Part shown: positions 29,569 to 38,600 of the stretch, piece after piece
Layout of the letters: each line of letters opens with the position of its first letter
Numbering within the stretch: the first letter of the stretch is position 1
Virus record (IMG/VR): IMGVR_UViG_3300017565_000002
Location: 64,001-128,000 of that record
Source of the DNA: a virus
Lineage: Duplodnaviria > Caudoviricetes
Length of the DNA stretch: 64,000 nucleotides
Strand: one strand, 5' to 3'
Made by a program: the position numbers and the translations under genes
Notes under the pieces: model-generated
Databases searched by the model: none
Seen by the model: the letters and a program-made list of their open reading frames with translations, nothing else
Told to the model about the DNA's origin: nothing

Positions 29569-30273
29569 ATGGCAAAATCCTTTATCGAACTTACAAATGA
29601 GGCAACAGTTGCGGCATTCGAATGCCAGCAACTCAACGACGGGCAAGAGAAACATGCCCCCGTCGATTTGGTACTGCAATCTATCATCGATTCCGGCATC
29701 TCAGCGGGAATTCCGAGGGCACTATATCTCCTGATGGAGAAAGATCCACGGGAGGAAGTGTCGATTGAAGTCGGCCCGTTTACGTACGGTGTATCGCTGA
29801 AGAAAACCGGCGAGTCGATGTCGCTTAACCCGATGTTTTCGTTAACCAACGAAAAGAAGACGATCAATGAGTTGGGCGAATATGAAGAAAAGATGATCAA
29901 ACTTATCCCACTCATTGATTCTGTTTCCCAGTCGATCACCAATGATCTGCTGCTCGAAACTGTCATTCATACTTGCAAATTGGACGAGTACGACACAACA
30001 ACTTCCGCATGGGTTGAAAAGGTCAACGACGCGGACAAGGGTGTCGATCTCGACCGGTATACGGTATCGTTCCTGATTGCTTCCCATGTGGTCGCAATTC
30101 TGCACGTACTCGCCAATCAGCGCAATGCCGAGGAATTGGTGAAGTATGAAGTGCCGGGTGAAGGTACTTATACGATCCAATCCGTCAAAGGCAAATGGGA
30201 AATCGGATTCATTGCAAGCAAAGAGTTCAAGCAGGCTATCAAGAACGACCGTTTGGTGGACGCCCTGGCATAA
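29569..30273 (+). CDS. hypothetical highly expressed protein, possibly HU/IHF-like fold
   Basis: C-ending codon bias; VPGEGTYTI...FIASKEFKQAIK resembles the HU beta strand and final helix; terminator at 30288-30322. Confidence 0.8.
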   Translation: MAKSFIELTNEATVAAFECQQLNDGQEKHAPVDLVLQSIIDSGISAGIPRALYLLMEKDPREEVSIEVGPFTYGVSLKKTGESMSLNPMFSLTNEKKTINELGEYEEKMIKLIPLIDSVSQSITNDLLLETVIHTCKLDEYDTTTSAWVEKVNDADKGVDLDRYTVSFLIASHVVAILHVLANQRNAEELVKYEVPGEGTYTIQSVKGKWEIGFIASKEFKQAIKNDRLVDALA

Positions 30274-30369
30274 TTCATATAGTAGACATCCCCAGTATAG
30301 ATTTTATACTGGGGATTCTTCTATTACTAACATCACGAAAATTTTTTATCGTTTGAAGGAGGGTAACAC

Positions 30370-32187
30370 TTGGGATATGTAAGTAAGCTTGTAGCTGAAT
30401 ACTCAGATACACTGACCGAGGATATCAACGAGGATTTGTTTGATCGACGCAAGGGTAAGCAGATACACGAGTTTATCATCGACGATCTCAAATCCATTGA
30501 GATGCTGTCCAATATTTACGTCAAAGATATAGAGTATATTACAGACCCATCGAGAATTGACGTAAAGCTAAATCTGAATAATATAAAGAGCAAGAAGATT
30601 CTGAAGCAAAAGCTAGAGAAACTTATCTCTATCGAACACACAGCCTTCGATGCTCTGAAGTTTACCATTGAAATTGGGCGTAAGCATAAGGTAGAAAACC
30701 TGATCCTTATTCCCAAATATGTGGATCGGTTTCACTTCCTTGTCAATGGGAATAAGACATTAGTCATGTTCCAAGTCATTGATAATGCCATATTCAATCA
30801 GAAAGGTTCCATCATTCTGAAGTCTCGTCCTCCGGCACATATCAGTAAAGAAGCCCGGAAGAAAGCGACATTGCTGGACGTGGTTACCGGGGAAGAATTT
30901 AAAACAGATCTAATCATCATCGACCTGTTTAAGAAGAAGTTCTCCCCGTTGTTTTATTACGCAGCAAAGAAAGGAATACTGGAAACGATCAAATACTTCG
31001 GATATGAAAAGTTTGCAGACATCGTAACCGAAGTGAGAAATCCCGAGCTATTTCACTACTTCAAGATTAACTCTAATCTGATGATAGAAGTCGAGAAGTC
31101 ACTGTTTAATGTGGACGGTTTCTTCAAGACATTCGTCGGGATGTTTACGGGGTTATTCAACGCAAGAACTCGTATTGACGATATTTACGACCAAGACCTA
31201 TGGATTAAACGCCTTGGATCACTGTTCACCAGTTCGTCCAAGAATCAACACAATAAAGGTCTTGATGTGTTGAAGTCGTTTAAGAATATATTGGATGCGA
31301 CCACACAACGTGTGCTCCGGATAGAAGACCGAGAGAAAAATGATGTGTATGCAGTTATGCGGTGGATTATGCGGGATTTTGGCATGCTTCGAAATGCAGA
31401 CAATCATGATCTCCGGAATAAACGTATACGATATAACGAATATATCGCGGCATACTTCGGGATGATCTTGAAGACAAAAGTAAACTATGCCTTGAACATG
31501 AAGAACTATGATCCAGATAAACTGGTGAAAATCTTCAAGCTCAATGAGCATGTTCTATTTAAGGCATTATTTGGTGGGATGAAAGCTTGCCCGTTGTTCC
31601 GATATAATATTGATACGAATGATTTGCAAGCCTTGAATGGATTGAAATTCTCAATCACGGGTATTCAAGGGATTCCGTCCAAACGAGTGAAAGACGAGCA
31701 GAGGGATATCTATCCTTCCCACTTGGGTAAGTTTGAGTTAAATGCAATCTCATCCGGATCACCGGGTTTATCAGGTATGCTAACGCCATTCTGTAAAATT
31801 TATGGGGATGGCTATTTTGGTTCCGAGGAAGAAACGACTAAGAGTCGTTATCGGGCTAAACTGAAGAAGAGGGTTAAGCATATTAAGGAAGATGAGGAAC
31901 GATATGAAAAGATTAAGCAGCATCATGATAATGCTGTAGCCCAGCATGAGAAAAGAATGTGGCTGTATAAATATTCCGCATTCAGGAATCAGAAAGGGTT
32001 TATCAATATCACTCGCCCACAGCATGTTAGAAACTCCAGAGGATACCGTGCGATCAGGCTTAAGATTAGGTTTATTCCGTATGTGAGGAATGAGAGAGGG
32101 TTTATCAAGATCATCCCCATTCTTAACCGGAGACCACGGCTTGTGCGGAAGCAAAATATAGACACAACGAATGAAGACAGACGGTAA
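30370..32187 (+). CDS. rpoB: RNA polymerase beta N-terminal half, probably non-virion RNAP
   Basis: HFLVNGNKTLVMFQ, DLRNKRIR, RDIYPSHLGK...SGSPGLSGML (bacterial [24 protein letters not shown]). Confidence 0.85.
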   Translation: MGYVSKLVAEYSDTLTEDINEDLFDRRKGKQIHEFIIDDLKSIEMLSNIYVKDIEYITDPSRIDVKLNLNNIKSKKILKQKLEKLISIEHTAFDALKFTIEIGRKHKVENLILIPKYVDRFHFLVNGNKTLVMFQVIDNAIFNQKGSIILKSRPPAHISKEARKKATLLDVVTGEEFKTDLIIIDLFKKKFSPLFYYAAKKGILETIKYFGYEKFADIVTEVRNPELFHYFKINSNLMIEVEKSLFNVDGFFKTFVGMFTGLFNARTRIDDIYDQDLWIKRLGSLFTSSSKNQHNKGLDVLKSFKNILDATTQRVLRIEDREKNDVYAVMRWIMRDFGMLRNADNHDLRNKRIRYNEYIAAYFGMILKTKVNYALNMKNYDPDKLVKIFKLNEHVLFKALFGGMKACPLFRYNIDTNDLQALNGLKFSITGIQGIPSKRVKDEQRDIYPSHLGKFELNAISSGSPGLSGMLTPFCKIYGDGYFGSEEETTKSRYRAKLKKRVKHIKEDEERYEKIKQHHDNAVAQHEKRMWLYKYSAFRNQKGFINITRPQHVRNSRGYRAIRLKIRFIPYVRNERGFIKIIPILNRRPRLVRKQNIDTTNEDRR

Positions 32188-32209
32188 TCCGTCTGTCTTC
32201 TTTTTTTTT
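32173..32209. terminator. bidirectional terminator
   Basis: GAAGACAGACGG-taat-CCGTCTGTCTTC followed by T9. Confidence 0.85.
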
Positions 32210-32211
32210 GC

Positions 32212-32928
32212 TTATTCGTACCGATAATAGTGAGTAAGTGCTTTATTGGGGTAACCCTTCGAGTTGAACCGATCGATAACCTCAGCTCTGCCCGACTCAC
32301 CATTCTGGATATTATCCAGTTTGAGATCAATTGTACCAATTGGGAGTTGCAATTGATCATAATGCTTCAGTTTATTGTAGATGAATATCTTGATATCCTC
32401 GGTTGCAAGATCCAAGAACTGTTCAATGACAGACTCAGGAATAGCCGAGAAGCTTGGATAAGCCATCTTGAGAACCAATGCCAGTTGAATATCTCCAAAC
32501 CCCCGTAGCATAATCCGGTTAGGTGGAATGAACTTAAACCGCCTAAAACTATACTTAGCGGATGAAGATAGATTTGTAGCCAAGGAGTTCATGATGACAT
32601 CCTCAATCGTCAAGTTGACTGGACGATAACCATCAAAGTAGCTGGTATCGATGACGGTGGATTGAGGCATAACCATTGCGACTGATATGATCTTTAGGTT
32701 ATTTTCATTTATTTCAGGGATGTTTAGATAGAACTGATCTACGGTCTCCGTCTTATTCTCCTTCGGTTCGTAGTTGTATCTGCGGTAGCATGGGAAATAT
32801 TGAGAGAATATCGGTAGTGTATTCGTCAAGAGATTGTTATGAATCTCCGGATATAGATAATCTAACTTATACTCCACGAGACCAAGACGTTGATTCAGCA
32901 GAATGTCCAAAATTGTATTGAGGTTCAT
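32212..32928 (-). CDS. hypothetical virion protein, possibly neck/head completion
   Basis: 238 aa, downstream of the prohead protease; the neck call is weak. Confidence 0.6.
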   Translation of the reverse strand: MNLNTILDILLNQRLGLVEYKLDYLYPEIHNNLLTNTLPIFSQYFPCYRRYNYEPKENKTETVDQFYLNIPEINENNLKIISVAMVMPQSTVIDTSYFDGYRPVNLTIEDVIMNSLATNLSSSAKYSFRRFKFIPPNRIMLRGFGDIQLALVLKMAYPSFSAIPESVIEQFLDLATEDIKIFIYNKLKHYDQLQLPIGTIDLKLDNIQNGESGRAEVIDRFNSKGYPNKALTHYYRYE

Positions 32929-32952
32929 AAATCTATCAACTCCCCCGCTCTA

Positions 32953-33819
32953 TCATTTAAACGTCATGATATCGCGATAGTAGTCACGAATATAAGACTC
33001 CAGCGGTACATGAACTGTAATATTCTGACCCAGATACGTCCCTTCCAAGACAACTGTGTTTTTATTGTCATATACCCCGGAACTTTCTTGGAGCCCGAAG
33101 AGATCCTTGGCGATCTTGATATTGTCAGAACGTTCCATAACAAAATTGGTAATATTGGAGACGATACTCGAACTTTCCAATAGCGTCATCGAGGAGGATT
33201 CCTTCAGCATTGCATCCGTGTAAGACTTAACTGATACGATGTCCCCTTTATCACTATATGCCTCTTTATGCGAAGGACCATTAACCTGATCGTACGTAAT
33301 AATGGTTAGCGGATGGATGGCAACATTGTTGGAATCAACACCACCAAATGCCCGGAGAGAGAATGCCCATGGGCGATCGGCCATAGCTGTATTATACATC
33401 CATATGCCGTAACCGTATGGTGCAGATGTAACATGGCCTTTTAGAAGATTCCCGACTTTCCGGTAGTTGTCGATATAGTGGGAAGTTTTTTCCGGAAGCA
33501 CCTGAGATTGTCTGGACATCTCCTTAGAGTCTGGATGACCGTACTCACCAGCAAATTGCTTTCTTCGAAGGTGATTTTGGATCTTCGGATTCTCATCCAA
33601 ACCTCTCATGACAACTTGGGTCGGATATCTGCGTTGATTCCAGTTTATTACGTCGAAGCTTTGGAGTGTAGAATCGACGGTGACGGTTTTTATCTTTTCA
33701 CCCGTTGCCCCAATTACTGTATTCTCCCTCAAAATAGTCGTTTGGATATCGTCAGGGTTTACAGCAGCCTCTACAATGTAATAGATCGGAAAACTATTCT
33801 TGCTCGATGTTTTGATCAT
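32953..33819 (-). CDS. prohead core protease, T4 gp21-like
   Basis: INWNQRRYP, GEYGHP, FSLRA, TYDQVNGPSH; C-terminal LxE|S self-cleavage-like sites. Confidence 0.9.
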   Translation of the reverse strand: MIKTSSKNSFPIYYIVEAAVNPDDIQTTILRENTVIGATGEKIKTVTVDSTLQSFDVINWNQRRYPTQVVMRGLDENPKIQNHLRRKQFAGEYGHPDSKEMSRQSQVLPEKTSHYIDNYRKVGNLLKGHVTSAPYGYGIWMYNTAMADRPWAFSLRAFGGVDSNNVAIHPLTIITYDQVNGPSHKEAYSDKGDIVSVKSYTDAMLKESSSMTLLESSSIVSNITNFVMERSDNIKIAKDLFGLQESSGVYDNKNTVVLEGTYLGQNITVHVPLESYIRDYYRDIMTFK

Positions 33820-33889
33820 AACTGCAACCTCCTAATCTAAATTTGCATTTATAAGGTGTTGCATGGTTATTGACGATATTTATATTAGA

Positions 33890-33901
33890 AACATCACTAT
33901 A
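33890..33901 (+). promoter_or_regulatory. late promoter AACA-tcacta-TA
   Basis: Upstream of the head gene cluster. Confidence 0.55.
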
Positions 33902-33929
33902 ATGGAAATAAGTTTAGGAGGGTAAATTC

Positions 33930-34967
33930 ATGAAACTTTCAATGAAACTTCCATTTCTTCAATTGGAGAGCGTCACAGCCGTTTCCAAATTGAATGGCTG
34001 GATCGCTAAATTTTCCTTTACCAAGGAAGTTGTAACACAAGAAGTGCTCGATGAGATATTCGAAAGCTATGATGGAAATATTGACAAGTATTTGGAGGTC
34101 TATACGGTATTATTGAAGAATATTGTGGATAATCGAAAGGTAGAATTGTACCAAAGACTATCCCAAGATATCGAGCAGATCTCCATGGATTTGCAACCTG
34201 AAGAAGGTAGCCAAGTCGATGCGCGAATCAGCAAAATGCTCAACTATCTGGATACGAAAGCAAGACTTCCGGATATTGAGTCGCTGAAGACCAACCTTCG
34301 AGAACTGGTGGCTAAGATACGGAGTCAACGACTTCTCATCTTACCCCAAGAAGATGATCATGAAACAACCGAAATGGTGTTCAACACCCTATCCAATAGC
34401 GATATTCAATTTTCTGCAACTTTGGATGCTGTATTGGAAATGTGCCAAGAGTTATTGGATGCTGGTTTGATAGAGGAGTCTATGGCTACGAAGATGAGAC
34501 GAGCCAAAGACAAAGTTGTCAATACCATAACGAAATTCTCCTTGAAGGATAAGGAGATGTCTGAGAAGTTGAATGAGAAATTCAACCGATTCTTGGGCGA
34601 CTATAAAGAGAATCGGAAAGTTGCTACCTATGATAAACTTGTGAAGGATACTTTTAACCTCTCAAGGATGCTAAAATCCCTTATTGGCTCCGGCATTGTA
34701 GCCCTTCTTGTTCCGGGCGGCGTTCAAGCAAAACTTGTAAGTGCAATCATCTTCTTATTGATTAGATTTGCGAAGGATCGTCGTACAGAAGACAAACACA
34801 AGAAAGTAATCGTCGCGGATTTAAAGTTTGAAAAGACAGTATTAGAAGAAAAGATACGGGATGCGGATACTAAGGGTGATACAAAGAGCAAGTACAAACT
34901 CATGCGAATCAATAATGAAGTTTCACGAGCAATCGACCGTATCACTTACGGCTTAGCTCAAAACTGA
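33930..34967 (+). CDS. hypothetical head-associated protein
   Basis: 345 aa in the head cluster; LQLES and LIEES candidate protease sites. Confidence 0.75.
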   Translation: MKLSMKLPFLQLESVTAVSKLNGWIAKFSFTKEVVTQEVLDEIFESYDGNIDKYLEVYTVLLKNIVDNRKVELYQRLSQDIEQISMDLQPEEGSQVDARISKMLNYLDTKARLPDIESLKTNLRELVAKIRSQRLLILPQEDDHETTEMVFNTLSNSDIQFSATLDAVLEMCQELLDAGLIEESMATKMRRAKDKVVNTITKFSLKDKEMSEKLNEKFNRFLGDYKENRKVATYDKLVKDTFNLSRMLKSLIGSGIVALLVPGGVQAKLVSAIIFLLIRFAKDRRTEDKHKKVIVADLKFEKTVLEEKIRDADTKGDTKSKYKLMRINNEVSRAIDRITYGLAQN

Positions 34968-34986
34968 TACCATTGGAGGTGCAACT

Positions 34987-35619
34987 ATGTCATCATTATT
35001 AGAGCGTTTGCAAAGGATTAAAGAAGGTTTGGTCCTTGAGGCAGATGATAAATATGATATTCCCAAGGAAGAAGAGACAGATAATGATCCACCTCCTGGT
35101 CAAGGCGATGATCAACCTGCGACTTCGGATGATGTTGACAACGAAGATACGTCAGATAACAATCAAGACGACGACACGGATGATAACGCCTATGACATGG
35201 ATGATGAAGGTGGTGATGGCACAGGAGACGACGACGAAGGTGCAGAAACCGATGATGAAGACTCTCCCGAAGATTCATCGGGAAATTCATCCAGACCGGG
35301 GGAGATTATTCCATTAGATGAGATCTCCCGGAAGCTTTTGGTCTATAAAAATTTCAAAACTTACCGGGATATGAGGGATTCGGTAGCAGCACTATTGAAT
35401 ACACTTACTGAAATGCCAACCTCATCAGATGATAACCGACAAGTGATGAATCTATGTATTAGTCAGTCTTCTCAGCTTCTGAATAAGCTGAATGACTATA
35501 TTATGTACAAATATCAAGCGAATAGCTACGAAATTAATTACAAAAATTTTATGGCATTCGTATTGGAAAAAAGACTTATTGAAGAAATTCTCTCCAAGAT
35601 AAACATAGTCGATCAATAA
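34987..35619 (+). CDS. acidic putative scaffold/core protein
   Basis: MSSLLERLQRIKEGLVLEA followed by a long D/E-rich tract; directly upstream of the capsid gene. Confidence 0.7.
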   Translation: MSSLLERLQRIKEGLVLEADDKYDIPKEEETDNDPPPGQGDDQPATSDDVDNEDTSDNNQDDDTDDNAYDMDDEGGDGTGDDDEGAETDDEDSPEDSSGNSSRPGEIIPLDEISRKLLVYKNFKTYRDMRDSVAALLNTLTEMPTSSDDNRQVMNLCISQSSQLLNKLNDYIMYKYQANSYEINYKNFMAFVLEKRLIEEILSKINIVDQ

Positions 35620-35645
35620 TTTTACCAAATCAAATAGTAAAATGT

Positions 35646-35657
35646 AACATATGTATA
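35646..35657 (+). promoter_or_regulatory. late promoter AACA-tatgta-TA of the major capsid gene
   Basis: Nearly identical to the sheath promoter (both continue TAAATCC). Confidence 0.65.
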
Positions 35658-35696
35658 AATCCAATCCCACTCAATGGATAAAAGGAGGAACACAAG

Positions 35697-37331
35697 GTGA
35701 AAAAAGAGTATAAAGAGTCTACATTGGGCCTCGGTACGTTCCGCGACAGGCAGGTAGAGAAGTTCTTTGACCGCCTGTATGAAACGTATGGATCGTCCAT
35801 CGGTAGCGACGTAACACCTTTCTTTAAAACGGAGCAAGGTGTGGAAACGTTCCTTGAGTCGATTAACAACATCCTCGACGAAGAGGAATTCAGCGGCACT
35901 GGTCTTACCAGTTCCATCATGCGCGAAGACGCTGCGGCGCGTTCCGTTGGTGTTCGCTGTATTGCAAAGGAACTGCTCGAAGAATCGGCACAACAAGGTC
36001 TGGCGACGCTTCGCCCGATTTCGCTGACTTCGTTTGGTTTCCAAATTCGTTCCTATACGAAGGCTGTCATGCACCGTGCAGTTAAAACGCTGCAAGCAGA
36101 AAAACCGGCGTTTAAAATCACGGAGCGCAAACAGTTCTTGATCGACATCAACGGCAACAAACGTTATTTCGTTGATGCGTTCAACCACGGCAGCAACCTG
36201 AATGACAACATTCACAAGAAATTCGATGTTACGGTGAACGTTCCCTCCACTGGTGTGGATATGTTCGCTTCCAACTCCATCGATCCTCGGAACAAAATGG
36301 CTGTCGACATCGCCCTGAAGTCCTATACGGCTAAAGAGTCGAATGGCACAGACGATGCCACGAACCTGAAGATCGTTGGACCAAGACGCGAGATCGATCT
36401 GGAAACAGGCCGCTTCTCGATCAACGTTGAATTCGGTACGGACAACGCTAAGGGCGTCATCCACGGCGAATTCGACTTCAACAAAAACCAATTGGTCGCG
36501 ATCACCACGACCAGCAGCCGCATCAAAACGGCTACATTTGCAATGCGTCTGTCTTCTGAGACGCACCTGTCCTCGTTGCAGGTTGGTATTGAGCACATCA
36601 ATACGACTGTAAACATTCCGGACGGCGCGCATATCGAAGTGCAACTCTCTCAAGAATTCACGGACGACGCATCTCGTATGCTCGGCCTGAACATGCTTGA
36701 AGAGTATACGAACCAAATGGGTATCGCGATTGAGCGTCTCGAAGATATTTCGATCTTTGAAAAGATCAAATCTCTCGATTCGTCTGCAATCGTTACCGAT
36801 ACTTTCGACGTTACACCGGACGCCGGGTTTGCATACGGTAAAGAAGAATGGATCAAACGCCAGTTCCATCCGGCGGTTGAACAAATGTGTATCCGTATGA
36901 AATCCGAGCTTCAAATCGACGATTGCCATTTCCGGGTTATTGGTAACCCGATTGACATCCGTCTGCCAAATGCTGCTGGCGAAGAGTACATCTTCCGCCG
37001 CAATCAAGAAATGTCCGGTTCGGTTCGTGTTGAGTACGACTTTGCGGTCGTTACTTCCGGCAACACGATCTTCTACCTGTCTTCCGATCGTGTGCCTCCG
37101 GGCAAGATCCGCATCCTGCTGATCCCGAACACGATCGAAAACAACATCATCACGGTTAACCACTACCGTTATGCGAACTACGTTTCGAACAAATATCGTT
37201 CCAGCTCCAACCCTTCCTTGCCGACTGTAATGGTTTCCAGCCGTTACAAAACGCAAGAATACCTGCCAATCGTAGGTGTTCTTACCGTAACCGGCAACAA
37301 GGCATCTTGGTATACTGATCTCTATCAATAA
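35697..37331 (+). CDS. major capsid protein
   Basis: 544 aa, strongest high-expression codon bias, strong RBS, own terminator, next to protease and terminase; N-terminal LxE sites. Confidence 0.8.
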   Translation: MKKEYKESTLGLGTFRDRQVEKFFDRLYETYGSSIGSDVTPFFKTEQGVETFLESINNILDEEEFSGTGLTSSIMREDAAARSVGVRCIAKELLEESAQQGLATLRPISLTSFGFQIRSYTKAVMHRAVKTLQAEKPAFKITERKQFLIDINGNKRYFVDAFNHGSNLNDNIHKKFDVTVNVPSTGVDMFASNSIDPRNKMAVDIALKSYTAKESNGTDDATNLKIVGPRREIDLETGRFSINVEFGTDNAKGVIHGEFDFNKNQLVAITTTSSRIKTATFAMRLSSETHLSSLQVGIEHINTTVNIPDGAHIEVQLSQEFTDDASRMLGLNMLEEYTNQMGIAIERLEDISIFEKIKSLDSSAIVTDTFDVTPDAGFAYGKEEWIKRQFHPAVEQMCIRMKSELQIDDCHFRVIGNPIDIRLPNAAGEEYIFRRNQEMSGSVRVEYDFAVVTSGNTIFYLSSDRVPPGKIRILLIPNTIENNIITVNHYRYANYVSNKYRSSSNPSLPTVMVSSRYKTQEYLPIVGVLTVTGNKASWYTDLYQ

Positions 37332-37341
37332 TCTGGCACTT

Positions 37342-37380
37342 AAGCCCACAGCCCATAAACGGGCTGTGGGTTTTACTTTT
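37342..37380 (+). terminator. intrinsic terminator after the capsid gene
   Basis: AAGCCCACAGCCC/GGGCTGTGGGTTT followed by T-run. Confidence 0.85.
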
Positions 37381-37397
37381 AAAAAGGAGGATCAATC

Positions 37398-38591
37398 ATG
37401 CAGAAATTTGTATTCAATATTCTAGCCAACCTGCTTGCTGAGATTAAGGCATATAAGAAGTATCAGAATATAGTGGCAATCAAATCACTTTTCAATAATC
37501 AAATCCAAAGTGTCCCCTGTGTGTCGGTAGCGGTAAACGATTCTTCTACAGCTAGTTCTTTCTATGGGGTTATCGTTTATCCCAATATCGTCATTCGTCA
37601 AGGTGTACCTACAGTTATCAACTACGCAATTGAGATCCAGCGCCAAGCAGTAGACCTTCTCTCGCCAGAAGAATTGGCAGCTATGATCATTCACGATGTA
37701 AGCCATAACGTTTTGTCGGCAATGGTCATTCAACGTATTAAGTATGCAATCTTTAAAGCATGTCGTATTACCCACAGTAAGATTGTGGATATTATCTACA
37801 ATATGACCAAACCAATGTGGGAATTAGCAGCTTTGGATGTCTCCAACCGTACGCTTAAGGGGAATATTATTCCGGGGTTGGATATGTATGAACCTGACCG
37901 ATTGCTGGTAGATATGGAGATCTCCGACTACTTCAATTCAGCGCTGAAGAAATATGACACCATTGATTACCTGAACTTGAGCGATCTGGATAGTCAAGAG
38001 ATTGGTGATGCCTATATTGGTATGCATATCATCAAGATGGTTCGAGAAAAACTCCGCGGGATCAATAAAACTTACAATGAACTATTCAACTATATCAAAG
38101 GTCAATATGATACCCGTGTATTTTATGCATTCCCTCGGCTTGATGTCGATGTGAAAGAAGATCGATTCGGTGCCGAGGTGCTTGACGAAGAACAACTAAA
38201 ACCTTATGAGATTCAGCGTTTACAAGAGGGTGTAGTCCAAGGCATTAAGACACATGGTCTGTCCAAAACGGCTGAGATGCTTTTGGAAGCATCTACTGCT
38301 AAGACGTTCTCCAGCGGTAAGATCTCTTATTCTTCACTCCAGCGAGAATTGGACGTGTTGAATTTTAAGATTGAATCCATGGGGAGCAACTATGAGCGGT
38401 TGGCTATCCTTGACCGTATTTATGACAATATCTTTGCACTTGAGAAATACTTGGAGAAAAATCCAAACGATCAAATCATCTGGGATTATCTGAAACGGTT
38501 TATTGGTGTGACAGAATCCATGAAGGATGCCAAAATTGCGAAGAAAAAGTATGGTGTATTCATTGAGGTCCCACCTGGGTACGAGGGGTGA
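37398..38591 (+). CDS. zincin-like protein with degenerate HDxxH motif, putative head protein
   Basis: LSPEELAAMIIHDVSH; internal IQRLQEG and MLLEA sites. Confidence 0.65.
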   Translation: MQKFVFNILANLLAEIKAYKKYQNIVAIKSLFNNQIQSVPCVSVAVNDSSTASSFYGVIVYPNIVIRQGVPTVINYAIEIQRQAVDLLSPEELAAMIIHDVSHNVLSAMVIQRIKYAIFKACRITHSKIVDIIYNMTKPMWELAALDVSNRTLKGNIIPGLDMYEPDRLLVDMEISDYFNSALKKYDTIDYLNLSDLDSQEIGDAYIGMHIIKMVREKLRGINKTYNELFNYIKGQYDTRVFYAFPRLDVDVKEDRFGAEVLDEEQLKPYEIQRLQEGVVQGIKTHGLSKTAEMLLEASTAKTFSSGKISYSSLQRELDVLNFKIESMGSNYERLAILDRIYDNIFALEKYLEKNPNDQIIWDYLKRFIGVTESMKDAKIAKKKYGVFIEVPPGYEG

Positions 38592-38600
38592 AGATGAGCC

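Noticed and set aside
34987-35400. GAT/GAC-rich low-complexity DNA as a tandem repeat
   Set aside because: It simply encodes the Asp-rich tract of the scaffold-like protein.
35622-37349. 575-aa minus-strand ORF opposite the capsid gene
   Set aside because: Antisense shadow caused by strong codon bias; no RBS or motifs.
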